Shown: positions 19,721 to 30,090, counted from the stretch's first letter. The stretch: 64,000 nucleotides of DNA from Alphaproteobacteria bacterium (GCA_965243135.1 OZ251539.1:3776001-3840000), one strand, 5' to 3'. The notes: generated by a model from the sequence alone, not told the origin. Numbers and translations: made by a program.

Positions 19721-19746
19721 TTGCTCCCCCCCCCCCCCGCTAGGTT
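19721..19746 (+). promoter_or_regulatory. C13 homopolymer in a promoter-like element upstream of the peptidase-ABC gene
   Basis: TTGCT-C13(19726-19738)-GC-TAGGTT. Confidence 0.4.
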
Positions 19747-19764
19747 TTCCGGGTAAACGTTTGC

Positions 19765-21963
19765 ATGGCAGAATCCCAGCCTTCTCTGGCTCCGAATCTC
19801 AAGCGTAAGCGCGGCGGACGGCGGAAGACCCCGACCATCCTGCAGATGGAGGCGACGGAGTGCGGCGCCGCTTGTCTGGCGATGATTCTCGGCCATTACG
19901 GCAGATGGGTGCCGCTCGAAGAGTTGCGGGTGCGCTGCGGCGTGTCGCGCGACGGCAGCAAGGCGGGCAACATGCTGCGGGCTGCGCGCGAATACGGACT
20001 CGTCGCGCAGGGCTTCCGGCGCGATCCGGGCCGCCTGTTCGACCTTCCCTTCCCGATGATCGTTTTCTGGAACTTCAACCATTTCATCGTGCTCGAAGGA
20101 ATCAAGGGCGACGCCGTCTACATCAACGACCCCGGTCAGGGGCCGCGCCGGCTCACCATGCAGGAGTTCGACGAGGGATTCACGGGGGTGTGCCTGGCTT
20201 TCGCTTGCGGTCCGGAGTTTCGGCGCGACGGCAGTCCGCCGAACGTGGCGCGCGGCCTGTTCGCCCGCCTCGGCCATGCGCGGACGCCCCTCTTTTACGT
20301 CATGCTGGCGACCCTGATCCTGGTCGTGCCGGGACTGGCCATACCGACGATATCCAAGGTCTTCGTGGACGATGTGCTGATCCCGCGCAACGAAACCCTG
20401 CTGCTGCCGCTGCTGATCGGTCTCGCGACCGCCTCTATCCTGCAAGGAGGGCTGACCTGGCTGCAACAGGACTGCCTCGCCCGCCTGGAAACCAAGCTGT
20501 CTCTGGTGACGACCTCGCACTTCTTCCAGCATGTCATAACCCTGCCGATGGCCTTTTTCGGCCAACGCTTCGCCGGCGACGTCGCCAGCCGCGTCGCGTC
20601 GAACGACAAGGTCGCGGCGTTGATCTCGGGCGAGCTTGCCACCAACGTGGTCAATATGCTGACCATGGCGATCTACGCGGCCGTCATGATCTCCTACGAT
20701 TTGGCGTTGACCCTGGTCGCGTTCGGCATGGTCTCCATCAACGTGCTGATGCTGCGGCTGGTATCTCGCGCTCGCGAGGACGGGAGCCGCCGCCTGCTCA
20801 AGGAACACGGCAAGGTGCTCGGCACGTCCGTCAACGGCGTCCACATGATCGAGACGCTGAAGGCGAACGGCACCGAGAACGTGTTTTTCAGGCGCTGGTC
20901 GGGAATGCACGCCAACGCGCTCACCGCGCAGCAGGAGCTCGGGTTGCTCACGAACCTGCTGAATGTCGTCCCGCCCCTGCTCGCCTCGATCACCACCGTC
21001 GCCATTCTCGGCGTCGGCGGACTGCGCGTTCTCGACGGCGCGCTCACCATCGGCGGGCTGGTCGCTTTCCAGAGCCTTGCCCGGAGCTTCTCCGGGCCGA
21101 TCGAGGGGATCGTTCAGTTCGCCTCCAATCTTCAGACGGTCAAGGGCGATATCGCCCGGCTCGACGACGTATTGAACTACGCTCCGGATCCGCGCGTGGT
21201 GAAGGGTCGGGATCCCGAACGCTTTATGGAGTTTTCGGAGCCGGCGGCCGGTTTCGTATCTCTCGAAAACATCTCCTTCGGCTACAACGTGAAGGAGCCG
21301 CCGCTCATCGAGGATTTCAATCTCAAGATCGGGCCCGGCCAACGCGTTGCCCTGGTCGGCGGTTCGGGCAGCGGCAAATCGACCGTCGGCAAGCTGATCT
21401 GCGGTCTGCTGGAGCCATGGTCCGGCACCGTGCGCATCGACGGTCGGTCGGTCGAGGAGATGTCGTCGGCGGATCTGGTCGGCAAGCTCTCTTACGTCGA
21501 TCAGGAAATCGTGCTGTTCGAGGGAACCGTGCGCGACAATGTCAGCCTGTGGAATCCCCTCGTCGCGGATCGCAGCCTCACCCAAGCTCTGCGCGATGCC
21601 GCGGTCCACGACGATGTCATGTCGGTTCCCGGCAAGTACGATGCGGTGGTGGAAGAGAGCGGTCGCAATTTCAGCGGCGGGCAGCGTCAACGCCTGGAAA
21701 TCGCCCGCGCGCTGTCCTTGGACCCGGCCATTCTGGTGCTCGACGAGGCCACTGCGGCGCTCGATCCGGTGACCGAGATGGAGATCGACGATCGCCTTCG
21801 GCAGCGGGGTTGCACCTGCATCATTGTCGCCCACCGCCTCAGCACCATCCGGGACGCGGACGCGATCGTCGTCCTGGATCGCGGGCGCGTGGCCCAGCAG
21901 GGCACGCACGAGCAGTTGATGGAGCAGGGCGGTATCTATCGCTCGCTGATCGCGTCGAGTTGA
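19765..21963 (+). CDS. NHLP export ABC transporter, C39 peptidase/permease/ATPase subunit
   Basis: QMEATECGAACL (catalytic Cys), WNFNHF, Walker A GGSGSGKST, FSGGQRQR, LDEAT. Confidence 0.95.
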   Translation: MAESQPSLAPNLKRKRGGRRKTPTILQMEATECGAACLAMILGHYGRWVPLEELRVRCGVSRDGSKAGNMLRAAREYGLVAQGFRRDPGRLFDLPFPMIVFWNFNHFIVLEGIKGDAVYINDPGQGPRRLTMQEFDEGFTGVCLAFACGPEFRRDGSPPNVARGLFARLGHARTPLFYVMLATLILVVPGLAIPTISKVFVDDVLIPRNETLLLPLLIGLATASILQGGLTWLQQDCLARLETKLSLVTTSHFFQHVITLPMAFFGQRFAGDVASRVASNDKVAALISGELATNVVNMLTMAIYAAVMISYDLALTLVAFGMVSINVLMLRLVSRAREDGSRRLLKEHGKVLGTSVNGVHMIETLKANGTENVFFRRWSGMHANALTAQQELGLLTNLLNVVPPLLASITTVAILGVGGLRVLDGALTIGGLVAFQSLARSFSGPIEGIVQFASNLQTVKGDIARLDDVLNYAPDPRVVKGRDPERFMEFSEPAAGFVSLENISFGYNVKEPPLIEDFNLKIGPGQRVALVGGSGSGKSTVGKLICGLLEPWSGTVRIDGRSVEEMSSADLVGKLSYVDQEIVLFEGTVRDNVSLWNPLVADRSLTQALRDAAVHDDVMSVPGKYDAVVEESGRNFSGGQRQRLEIARALSLDPAILVLDEATAALDPVTEMEIDDRLRQRGCTCIIVAHRLSTIRDADAIVVLDRGRVAQQGTHEQLMEQGGIYRSLIASS

Positions 21964-21967
21964 AGCG

Positions 21968-24904
21968 ATGACCGACAACAACGTCGTAGCCGAACGCATC
22001 AATGGCGTATCCTTCAGGGCCGGAGCGAACCAGCCCTTTCTCATGGACGATCCCGCCCGCGCTTTCTGGGTCGAGGACGGACATCTGGACATCTTCGCGA
22101 TCAAGCTCCTCAGCAACGAGGTCGCTACCCGTACGCCCTTCGTCACCCGCGTGCCCGCCGGAAGCATGTGCTTCGGCGCCCAGCGTCTGGCGGGCCGCGG
22201 GGGATCGGAGGGTCTGTTCGCCTTCCTCGCCGTGCCTTCCATCGACGCTGTCATCACCGTGGGCGAACGCGCCCGCGTCGCCTCGAAGGAAAATTTCGAC
22301 CTCGACGCGGTGATCTGGATCGACGAGTGGGTCGCCCGGCTCTCCGAGTTCCCGGTCCGAGGCGGAAGCCCGCCGCCGCGCAACGCGGCGCTGCTCGATG
22401 CCGACCCGAACGTGCCGTATCCCGCGGGCACCGCCGTAAGCGCGCATCACTCGGACATCGTCTGGGTTTCCGCCAACCGGCCGATCAGCTTCATCGGGGA
22501 CGGCGATCTGACCATCGGCGACGGCAGCCAGCTCGTGCCGCTGTCCGAGCGGACCTGGTTCGAGCTGGACGGCGACACCGAAGTCACGGCGCTTCAAACT
22601 CCGGCCGTCGTCATCGCGGAGCGGCTTTGGCCGTCCCTGGATCGTTTCAGCGCCCTTATCCTCGAATATGCGGCCATCGCCGAACGACGGAAGATCGATA
22701 CCTACAGCGACTATTATCAAACCCTGCTGCGGTCTCGCGAGACGACCACGACGAAGATGTTCGGGACCCTCGGCCAGGTTCTGGGCGTAGCGCAGGACCA
22801 GGAACAAAAGATCGCCGCCTCGTCCGGCGAGACTCCGCTGCGAACGGCGGTAAGCATCGTCGCCGAAGCCGCCGGGGTCACGCTCGAAATCGCGCGCAAC
22901 GTGAAGGAACCCGCCGATCCGGAGGAGGCAGTGGAAACGCTGGTTCGTCCGTCCGGCATCCGCTCGCGGAGAATCACGCTCACCGCCGACTGGTGGCGGC
23001 GGGACGGGCCTTCCTTGGTCGCGCTCGCAGGCGAGGAAAAACGGCCGATCGCTCTGCTTTCGGACGGGCGCGGCTCCTATCGCGCGGTCGATCCGACCGC
23101 CGGCAAGAGCTTCCCCGTTAGCGAAAAGGATGCCGCCGCGATCGGGCGTCACGGCGTGATGCTCTATTCGCCGCTTCCGCTGGATATCAAGGACGGGCTG
23201 TCGGCGCTGCGCGCTAGCTTGCGCGGGCGCTCGAGGGATCTCGGCGTCCTGATAACCATGGCCGTTCTCGGCGCTCTGGTCGCCTTGCTTACCCCTGTGG
23301 CGACCGGCGAGCTTCTCGCGGAGGTCGTCCCGCGCGTGGATACCTCGATGTGGATCGCCTATCTCGTCGCGTTGGTGTTCGCCGCTTTCGGCACCGCGAT
23401 GTTCGACGTGGTGCGCGCCCTTGCGTTGTTGCGAATCGAGGGCCGAATCGACGAGCGGCTCCAGGCGGCCGTGTGGATTCGCCTGCTCTCGCTGCCGGCG
23501 CCTTTCTTCCGCAGATTCACCGCCGGCGACCTGGCCGACCGGGCGAACGGCATAACCATGATCCGGCAGATGCTGACCGGCGCGACCGCGACCGCGGTGA
23601 TCGGCGGCGTGTTCTCCGTCTTCAGCTTCGCTTTGCTGTTCTACTACAGCTGGGAGCTCGCGCTGAGCGCGGCCGCCTTGCTGCTCGTTCTCATCGCCGC
23701 CACCTGGATATTCGCGCGCGGCGCAATGAAGCACCACCGCGCGGCGTTCACCGCCCAAGGATTGATCGACGGCTTCGTTTTCCAGTTGATCACCGGACTC
23801 TCCAAGCTGCGGATGGCGAACGCCGAAGCCGACGCGCTCGTGCATTGGGCGGAGCGCTACGCCGTCCAGAAACGCCGGACGCTTTCGGCGCGCCGCTGGG
23901 CCGCGGCCCAGTTTACCTTCAACAGCATGTTTACGCCGCTCGCCTCGCTCACCCTTTTCGCCCTCATCTGGTACATGCTTATCGAGGGCGGACAACAAGC
24001 CAGTTTCGGCCTCGCGGACTTCCTGTCCTTCAACGCCGCCTTCGGGCAGTTCGCCGCTTCGATGGTCGGGCTGACCGCCGCATGGACGACCGTGATATCG
24101 ACCATCCCGCTCTTCGAGCGCGTCCAGCCGATCCTCGAAGAACGGCCCGAGATAGCCGTGGGAGGCGCCGACCCGGGCGATCTAACCGGCGAAATCGAAT
24201 TTTCGAACGTGTGCTTCCGCTATCTTCCATCGGTTCCGAACGCGGTCGACGGAGTGTCCTTTCAGATCCGACCGGGCGATTTCGTGGCCTTCGTCGGTCC
24301 GTCCGGTTCGGGAAAGTCGACGATCTATCGGCTGCTGCTCGGCTTCGAGGTCCCGGATTCAGGCGCGATCTTCCTCGACGGCAATGACCTGTCGAGCCTC
24401 GACATGGCGGCGATCCGCTCCCGCATGGGCGTGGTCTTGCAAAACAGCCAGCTTTCCGCCGACAGCATTCTGAAAAACATCACCTGCGGCGCGCCGATGA
24501 CCATGGACGAAGCTTGGGAGGCCGCCCGGGCGGTCGGTCTCGCAGAGGACATCGAGGCGATGCCGATGGGGATGCACACGGTGCTGCCCGAGGGAGGGGG
24601 GGGGTTGTCCGGCGGGCAGAAGCAGCGGCTGCTGATCGCCCGCGCCATGGCCCGGAAACCGCGCATCATGCTGTTCGACGAGGCTACCAGCGCCCTCGAC
24701 AACCGCACCCAGGCGATCGTCCAGGCATCGCTGAAGCAGCTCAGCATCACCCGCGTGGTGATCGCCCACCGCCTCTCCACGGTGCAGGACGCCGACCAGA
24801 TCTTCGTCCTGGAGGCGGGTCGAATCGTCGAGTCCGGACGCTACGACGATCTCATGGAACAAGACGGCGTCTTCACCTCTCTGGCGCGGCGGCAGGTCGT
24901 CTGA
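21968..24904 (+). CDS. NHLP export ABC transporter permease/ATPase subunit without peptidase
   Basis: WWRRDGPSL, TM domain, GPSGSGKST, LSGGQKQR, FDEATSALDN. Confidence 0.93.
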   Translation: MTDNNVVAERINGVSFRAGANQPFLMDDPARAFWVEDGHLDIFAIKLLSNEVATRTPFVTRVPAGSMCFGAQRLAGRGGSEGLFAFLAVPSIDAVITVGERARVASKENFDLDAVIWIDEWVARLSEFPVRGGSPPPRNAALLDADPNVPYPAGTAVSAHHSDIVWVSANRPISFIGDGDLTIGDGSQLVPLSERTWFELDGDTEVTALQTPAVVIAERLWPSLDRFSALILEYAAIAERRKIDTYSDYYQTLLRSRETTTTKMFGTLGQVLGVAQDQEQKIAASSGETPLRTAVSIVAEAAGVTLEIARNVKEPADPEEAVETLVRPSGIRSRRITLTADWWRRDGPSLVALAGEEKRPIALLSDGRGSYRAVDPTAGKSFPVSEKDAAAIGRHGVMLYSPLPLDIKDGLSALRASLRGRSRDLGVLITMAVLGALVALLTPVATGELLAEVVPRVDTSMWIAYLVALVFAAFGTAMFDVVRALALLRIEGRIDERLQAAVWIRLLSLPAPFFRRFTAGDLADRANGITMIRQMLTGATATAVIGGVFSVFSFALLFYYSWELALSAAALLLVLIAATWIFARGAMKHHRAAFTAQGLIDGFVFQLITGLSKLRMANAEADALVHWAERYAVQKRRTLSARRWAAAQFTFNSMFTPLASLTLFALIWYMLIEGGQQASFGLADFLSFNAAFGQFAASMVGLTAAWTTVISTIPLFERVQPILEERPEIAVGGADPGDLTGEIEFSNVCFRYLPSVPNAVDGVSFQIRPGDFVAFVGPSGSGKSTIYRLLLGFEVPDSGAIFLDGNDLSSLDMAAIRSRMGVVLQNSQLSADSILKNITCGAPMTMDEAWEAARAVGLAEDIEAMPMGMHTVLPEGGGGLSGGQKQRLLIARAMARKPRIMLFDEATSALDNRTQAIVQASLKQLSITRVVIAHRLSTVQDADQIFVLEAGRIVESGRYDDLMEQDGVFTSLARRQVV

Positions 24905-24910
24905 TCCGCG

Positions 24911-25708
24911 TCAAGCGGCCGGCGCCCCGTCGCTTACGCGGCGCGCGTATTCGTGCCATTCCGCCGAATAGACGGCGTCGTGCAGGGTCAGCCGCTTCTC
25001 GCGCGGTTCATAGACTCCGCAATGCAGCATGTTGCTCCTGTAGACGACGAGGTCGCCGGGAGCCGCCGCGACATTGACCGCTCCGCAGGATTTCAGCTTT
25101 CCGGGCAGCGCGCTCCGCAAGGCGTCGACCGCCTCGAGGTCCAAGGGGCCGATGCGGCAGTCGCGATGGACGGCGCGCGCCCGAACCAGTTGCGATTCGT
25201 CTTCGCTGTCGTCCCGCGCATGGGATCCCGGTATTACCCACAGGCTCGAATCCGCGAGCAAAGGGATGTTGATCTGATTGAAGTATCTCAGATCCCCGGT
25301 TCGAGCCTTCCATGCGTCGAAATCCAGATCGTCCAGGAAATCTCGATAGTCCCGGTGCAGCCCCGTCGACCACCATCGGTCGAGCGGCTCGATCAGAAGA
25401 CCCGTGAGATGGGGATCTCGCGACATTTTCGGGGCGGGCAGTATCGTTCCCCGGAACAGCGCGTCGATAGACCTGTCGAGTTGCGGATTGTCGTAGAACG
25501 CCGCGATCCAGGCCGAAGCTCCGGGATGAGATTGAAGCGGCTGAACGCGCTGGATGTTGCGGTCGCGGGTCAAGAGCCGCGCCCGTTCCGGCAGGCGCTC
25601 GACGAAGCGGATCGCCGAAGCGACTTCTTCGGTCCCGAAGACGCCGCGAATATGGACGAAGCCATCCTTGATATAACGGTCGCGCAGGTCCAAAGCCAAG
25701 TACCGCAC
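24911..25708 (-). CDS. Phytanoyl-CoA dioxygenase (PhyH) family Fe(II)/2OG oxygenase, about 265 aa
   Basis: YIKDGFVHIRGVF, LHRD (HxD), LWVIPGSH, PGDLVVYRSNMLHCG. Confidence 0.8.
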   Translation of the reverse strand: MRYLALDLRDRYIKDGFVHIRGVFGTEEVASAIRFVERLPERARLLTRDRNIQRVQPLQSHPGASAWIAAFYDNPQLDRSIDALFRGTILPAPKMSRDPHLTGLLIEPLDRWWSTGLHRDYRDFLDDLDFDAWKARTGDLRYFNQINIPLLADSSLWVIPGSHARDDSEDESQLVRARAVHRDCRIGPLDLEAVDALRSALPGKLKSCGAVNVAAAPGDLVVYRSNMLHCGVYEPREKRLTLHDAVYSAEWHEYARRVSDGAPAA

Positions 25709-25713
25709 AGGGT

Positions 25714-27390
25714 TCAGTCGAGGAACATGAGGCCGGGTTTGAGGTTCCAGCGCGTTCGCTGCGCCTCGCGCTCGAGATCCGGCAGATCCCGGATTCCGAG
25801 CTCGCGCGGCGTCAGCGCCCCGATCGCGTCCAGAAGCGAATACGCCTGCACGAGGGCGTCGCGCTCGGCCGTCAGCGCCCTGACCTGGTAAAGCACGAGA
25901 CTTCGTTCGGCGTCGAGCACTTCTCGCGTCGAGCGCTCGCCGATAGCCGTCTCTCTGCGAATGCCGGCGAGCGCGACCCGCGCCGCCTCCACCGCAGTCG
26001 CCAATGCCGCCCGGCGCTGCCGGGCCGCGAGCATGCCGTGCCAAGCGCTCGCAGCCCGCTGCGCCGCATCGCGCTGCGCGGCGGCGCGTTGGTCGCGGCG
26101 CTGCGCCAAGGCGTGTCCCGCCTGGCGGACCCGCGTCCCGACCGAGCCGGCCTGGTAGAGCGGGATTCTCAGCTGGACGCCCAAGCTCTGGTCGGTGCTG
26201 TTGAGAAAGCCGTCGGTGCCGTGTCCTATGGTTCTTGCGACGGTGGCCCTCAGATCGACGCTAGGTCCTATGTCGCCCTTGGCGGCGCGCACTGCATGGG
26301 CGGCGGCCCGTTCCGCGTAAACGGCGGCGCGCACCGAGGGGTGCCGGTTCCGGGCAGCGTCCAGCGCCGCGTCCAGCGTCTCGGGCAGGCCGGCCGGCTC
26401 GTTCGCAGGTTCCAACCCGACCGCCGGCAGTCCCACCAGCGTTTCGAACAACGCCTGCTGCACTTCGAGACTGGCCTTGGCCGAGGCCATGTCGGCGGCG
26501 GCGATCTCCCGCTCCGCATCGGCCTGGGCGACGTCGGCCCGGGTGCGATCGCCGACCCGGAACTGGGCCCTGGTCTCGCGGGCCTGACGTTGAAAGGAAG
26601 AGAGCGCAGCCTCGCGCAACCTGACGGTGCGCTCGGCGCGAAGCACGTCGAGATAGGCCGTGGCCGCGCGCAGCAGCACGGCCTGCTCGGTGTCTTCGAC
26701 GACGGCGTGGCTCTGCCGCACGCCCTCCTCCGCCTGGCGCAGCCCTGCCGTGTCCCGTCCGCTACGGAAGAGATTGTGGGTGTAGGCGAGCTCCAGCGAC
26801 TGCCGGTCGCTGCCGTCGCTGCCGGTCTCCAGGCCGGGCAGTGGAAACAGAGCGGCCCTATCGGGGATGAAGCGTTCCGTGGTGGTGTCGATCACCGGAA
26901 GGCGCCCAAAAGAAGTAGGAGCGCCCTGTCTGGCGGCGGTGCCGATCCGGGTTCCGCTCGCGCCCGCGGTGAGCTGAATCGTCGGAAACCATGCCGAGAG
27001 CGCGAGAGGGACGCTCTCGTGACGGGAACGAGCTGCGGCGCGGGCGGCCTGCACGTTCGGGTTGGATCGCGCCGCTTCGACCAGCGTTTCCTCGATGGTC
27101 AGCGCGCGAGCCGGAACGGCAGCCAAAACCGCCGCGAAAACCAGGAGCGCGCAACGCCGGGCCGTTTCAAGGCCGTTCTTGACCGGCAACCCGAGAGGCG
27201 CCGCAGCGCGCGGCGGGCTCTTTTGCGCCCTTCGCCGCCGGACAGCAATTCGATCTGCTCGGGATTTCAAGATCCTCGACCTTGAACGCCCAATCCGCGC
27301 ACGCTTGAAGTTCGGGACGCCGCAGACAAGCCGATCGCACCCAAACCGTTCGAGGAAGAGAACCGAGTACGCCTTGTCGAGATCGAACAT
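25714..27390 (-). CDS. TolC-family outer-membrane efflux protein; start uncertain
   Basis: Signal-like CALLVFAAVLAAVPARA, ALTIEETLVEAARSNP, AYLDVLRA, RIPLYQAG, GERSTREVLDAE. Confidence 0.85.
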   Translation of the reverse strand: MFDLDKAYSVLFLERFGCDRLVCGVPNFKRARIGRSRSRILKSRADRIAVRRRRAQKSPPRAAAPLGLPVKNGLETARRCALLVFAAVLAAVPARALTIEETLVEAARSNPNVQAARAAARSRHESVPLALSAWFPTIQLTAGASGTRIGTAARQGAPTSFGRLPVIDTTTERFIPDRAALFPLPGLETGSDGSDRQSLELAYTHNLFRSGRDTAGLRQAEEGVRQSHAVVEDTEQAVLLRAATAYLDVLRAERTVRLREAALSSFQRQARETRAQFRVGDRTRADVAQADAEREIAAADMASAKASLEVQQALFETLVGLPAVGLEPANEPAGLPETLDAALDAARNRHPSVRAAVYAERAAAHAVRAAKGDIGPSVDLRATVARTIGHGTDGFLNSTDQSLGVQLRIPLYQAGSVGTRVRQAGHALAQRRDQRAAAQRDAAQRAASAWHGMLAARQRRAALATAVEAARVALAGIRRETAIGERSTREVLDAERSLVLYQVRALTAERDALVQAYSLLDAIGALTPRELGIRDLPDLEREAQRTRWNLKPGLMFLD

Positions 27391-27519
27391 GACTTGCGAA
27401 CCGTTTTTTAGCGAATGGTGTCTTTCAGGTGGATTCAACTCTACATGTTTTCCCGAGCAAGTCCACCAGAGGCGTGCGCCGGAGTTCGCATCGGGGAGTC
27501 CCCAGGATTTCCCGCGCCG

Positions 27520-27720
27520 CATCGGGCAGCTTGGAGGTTCGCTCCACCGACGACCGAAAAGAGGCCGCCGCCGTGCAAGCGCTGCGGTTCCGCGCATTCC
27601 ACGAAGAGATGGACGCTCGGCCCTGTCGCGCGGGCGAGTCGCCGGGACACGGTTCGACGACGTCCGCGACCACCTACCCGTCCACCGCCTACGGAGGCCG
27701 TCGCCTATCGGTTGTTGCGG
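27520..27720 (+). pseudogene. Remnant of an OlsB-like GNAT N-acyltransferase
   Basis: GSLEVR..EAAAVQALRFRAFHEEMDARP, then frameshifted RFDDVRDHL. Confidence 0.5.
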
Positions 27721-27834
27721 GAAGATCGGCGTCCGAGCACGACTTGAATCCGCTGACCGACGGACAGTCGCGACGCGGCGGCAACCCGCGGCTCGGGCGC
27801 CCCGGCCGGACATGCACCATGTCGGCCGCGGCAT

Positions 27835-28632
27835 TCAGCCAGCGTCGCCTTCGTGGCGCAGCCAATGGGTGGCGAAGCGCCTCCACCGCTCCAGCGGCTC
27901 GCAACGGCTTATCTGCAAGCTGTCGTAGGGTCGGAGAGCCCCCGGGTGGTGCACCATCCTCCCGTCGGCCTGCACCACGGCCGCGTGATTGGGCACCTTC
28001 GACCGCACACGGAACAAGACCACGTCCCCGATGCCGGAATCCGCCGCGTCGATGGCCCGGAACCCCGCCTTCTCAAACCCCGCCCGGTAGAGATCCAGAC
28101 CCTCCAACCACCAGTTCCAGTCGCGCGGAAAGTCGGGCAGCAGGACGTTGCGCTCCTGACGGTAGTAGTCGCGAATGAGCGAGTAGCAATCCGTCACCCC
28201 GTGCCGGAACGGCCGGTTCAGCAGCGGCAGCATGGGACACTGGTCCCCGAACCAGAAGCGATCGACGCACCGCGACCGGTCGGACACCACGACGCCGAAG
28301 GGCACCGCCAAGGCCGCCTGCGCGCGCATCTCCGCCGCGCTCGGAACGAACAGCGACAGGTCGAGGTCGTCGTTTCCGGCCGCGGTCGAGGAGCGCGTGT
28401 GCACCGCCGCCAACAAGGCGCCGTGAGTTTCCTCCATCCAGCGCAGCGCCACCTCCTCGACCCGGAAATTGGCGCGCGAGTTGTCCGCGACCTCGGCGAC
28501 GGAGCGATAGACGGGGTCGGCGCGGCTCCCGAACACGGCCCCCAGCGCCTCCCCGGGAAACGCCTCGAGCGCGTGGGCGTCCATGGCGTCCTGGAGACCC
28601 TCGAACAGCCGGGTCTGCGCTATCCAGCGCAT
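27835..28632 (-). CDS. JAB/Mov34 + NlpC/P60 (C40) protein, lambda tail assembly protein K-like, copy 1
   Basis: HALEAFPGEALG, VHTRS, PSAAEMRAQ; LLNRPFRHGVTDCYSLIRDYY, VPNHAAV, MVHH. Confidence 0.88.
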   Translation of the reverse strand: MRWIAQTRLFEGLQDAMDAHALEAFPGEALGAVFGSRADPVYRSVAEVADNSRANFRVEEVALRWMEETHGALLAAVHTRSSTAAGNDDLDLSLFVPSAAEMRAQAALAVPFGVVVSDRSRCVDRFWFGDQCPMLPLLNRPFRHGVTDCYSLIRDYYRQERNVLLPDFPRDWNWWLEGLDLYRAGFEKAGFRAIDAADSGIGDVVLFRVRSKVPNHAAVVQADGRMVHHPGALRPYDSLQISRCEPLERWRRFATHWLRHEGDAG

Positions 28633-28769
28633 TCGAATCCGCTCCGGGGTTCGCGCCTGCGCCGCGGACCGTTCCTCGTTAGGCGAACGGCGGCGAGGCG
28701 CGGTCCTGCCGACGGCGCGCTTGTCGCGTCCGCAGGGAGGAGCTGCAGGTTCTGGCGCCGCTTGCGGTG

Positions 28770-29140
28770 GCGCGCTGGCGCAAGGTTCTGAAATCCGGAG
28801 TCGACGCCCGCCGCGCCGCCGAACGGCTCGAACGCGCGGCCACCGTCAACGCCGCTTGGCGCTCGGCGACGCTGCTCGGTCGGGCAACGCCGCGACTTCC
28901 CGCCGAGGCGACGTTCTCCGATGTCGAGATCGGCGTTCTCCGCGACTTCGCCACGGACCTCCCCGAGCCTCTCGACCTGAACGCCGCGGTGCTGGCGATG
29001 ATCGGGGTCGCCGCGACGGACCGCCCGGCTACAAGGCGATCCGGCAAACTCGCGGCTCATGGCGCAGGCCTGCGGAACCGGGTGGCCGCCGACGAGCCGC
29101 GCCAGCAACTGCGTCCGCACAAAACTTGTGACTAGGGGAG
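28770..29140 (+). mobile_element. IS4-family (IS50/Tn5-like) transposase C-terminal remnant with possible right end
   Basis: KVLKSG..ERLERAATVNAAWR..LLGRATPRLPAE..PLDLNAAV; ACTTGTGACTAG near 29124 resembles Tn5-type ends. Confidence 0.6.
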
Positions 29141-29234
29141 CGCCTGACCCTCGACGCGCCGGAAAAAGGCGAGCGGAGAAGGACGGAAGGGCGACGGTCG
29201 TCACGGCCGCCACCTTCGCGTTGGAAACGGCATC

Positions 29235-29565
29235 CTAAATTCTGTCCCTCGCGGTTGCGAAGCTGCTCATGCTTCCGGCCGAATTCACGCAGGAAAGAAT
29301 GCTCCCGACGGTTCTCCCCGAGCTCGCCGCGCCACTCGACTTGCCGTCGGCGCCTCGCCCTGGAGCGCCTGGTTCGGGTCGGGAGGCATGGCCAAGCGGA
29401 AGGCGTCGCGGGCGTTGAGGGCAACGTTCACGTCCGTCGATCCCGCGCTCTCGCGGAACGTCCCTCGGACGCTCCTCGACCTCGCGCGACCGATCTTGGC
29501 GGCAGGCGTCGGCGAGGCCCTAAAGGACGATGCCTTGCCGAACGCCGCAGATGTCTTCCGGATCG
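29235..29565 (-). pseudogene. Decayed NHLP precursor; residual core GKSSGAASSGRTVGSILSCVNSAGSMSSFATARDRI
   Basis: Nucleotide similarity to P4 and P5; deletion removes part of the AVAGG site and shifts frame. Confidence 0.8.
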
Positions 29566-29635
29566 TCTCCCCTGCGCGGTTCGGGCGGATGCTCCACCGG
29601 CGCGTACTATATCGCCCCGCTTAATGTAACCTTGT

Positions 29636-29745
29636 TTGGACTCCACCGCATTGCTGCTGGCGCAGCCCAAGGGACGCGAACGTCAATTTCGCCATCCCGG
29701 ATGCCTTGTGGTCTCCACCGCATTGCTGCTGGCGCAGCCCAGGGA
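29636..29745. repeat. About 33-bp direct repeat duplicating the P5 core tail
   Basis: CTCCACCGCATTGCTGCTGGCGCAGCCCA at about 29641 and 29713. Confidence 0.85.
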
Positions 29746-30090
29746 GCTAACTGAACTCGCGGTGGAAGGAATGCTCCCGACGGTTCCCCCCGAGCTCGCC
29801 GTGCCGCTCGTCTTGCCGCCGGCGACCGCCGTCAGCGCCTCGTCCTGGAGCGCCTGGTTCGGATCGGGAGGCATGGCCAGGTGGAAGGTGTCGTGGGTGT
29901 TGAGGACGACGTTCACGTCCACGTCCATCGGCACGTCGATCCCGTGCTTCTGCAGAACGTCCTTCGGATGCTCCTCGACCTCGCGCAGCCGATTCTCGTC
30001 GGCGTGGCAGGCGTCGGCGAGGTCCTGAAGAATGATGCCCTGCTGGCGAACGTATTGGAAGATGCCTTCCTGGTGAATATTGTCGTGCAT
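29683..30090 (-). CDS. NHLP/proteusin precursor P5 (135 aa); core KTSGTASSGGTVGSIPSTASSVSSLGCASSNAVETTRHPGWRN
   Basis: VVLNTHDTFHLAMPPDP, LQDEALTAVAGG; leader is a paralog of P4. Confidence 0.92.
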   Translation of the reverse strand: MHDNIHQEGIFQYVRQQGIILQDLADACHADENRLREVEEHPKDVLQKHGIDVPMDVDVNVVLNTHDTFHLAMPPDPNQALQDEALTAVAGGKTSGTASSGGTVGSIPSTASSVSSLGCASSNAVETTRHPGWRN

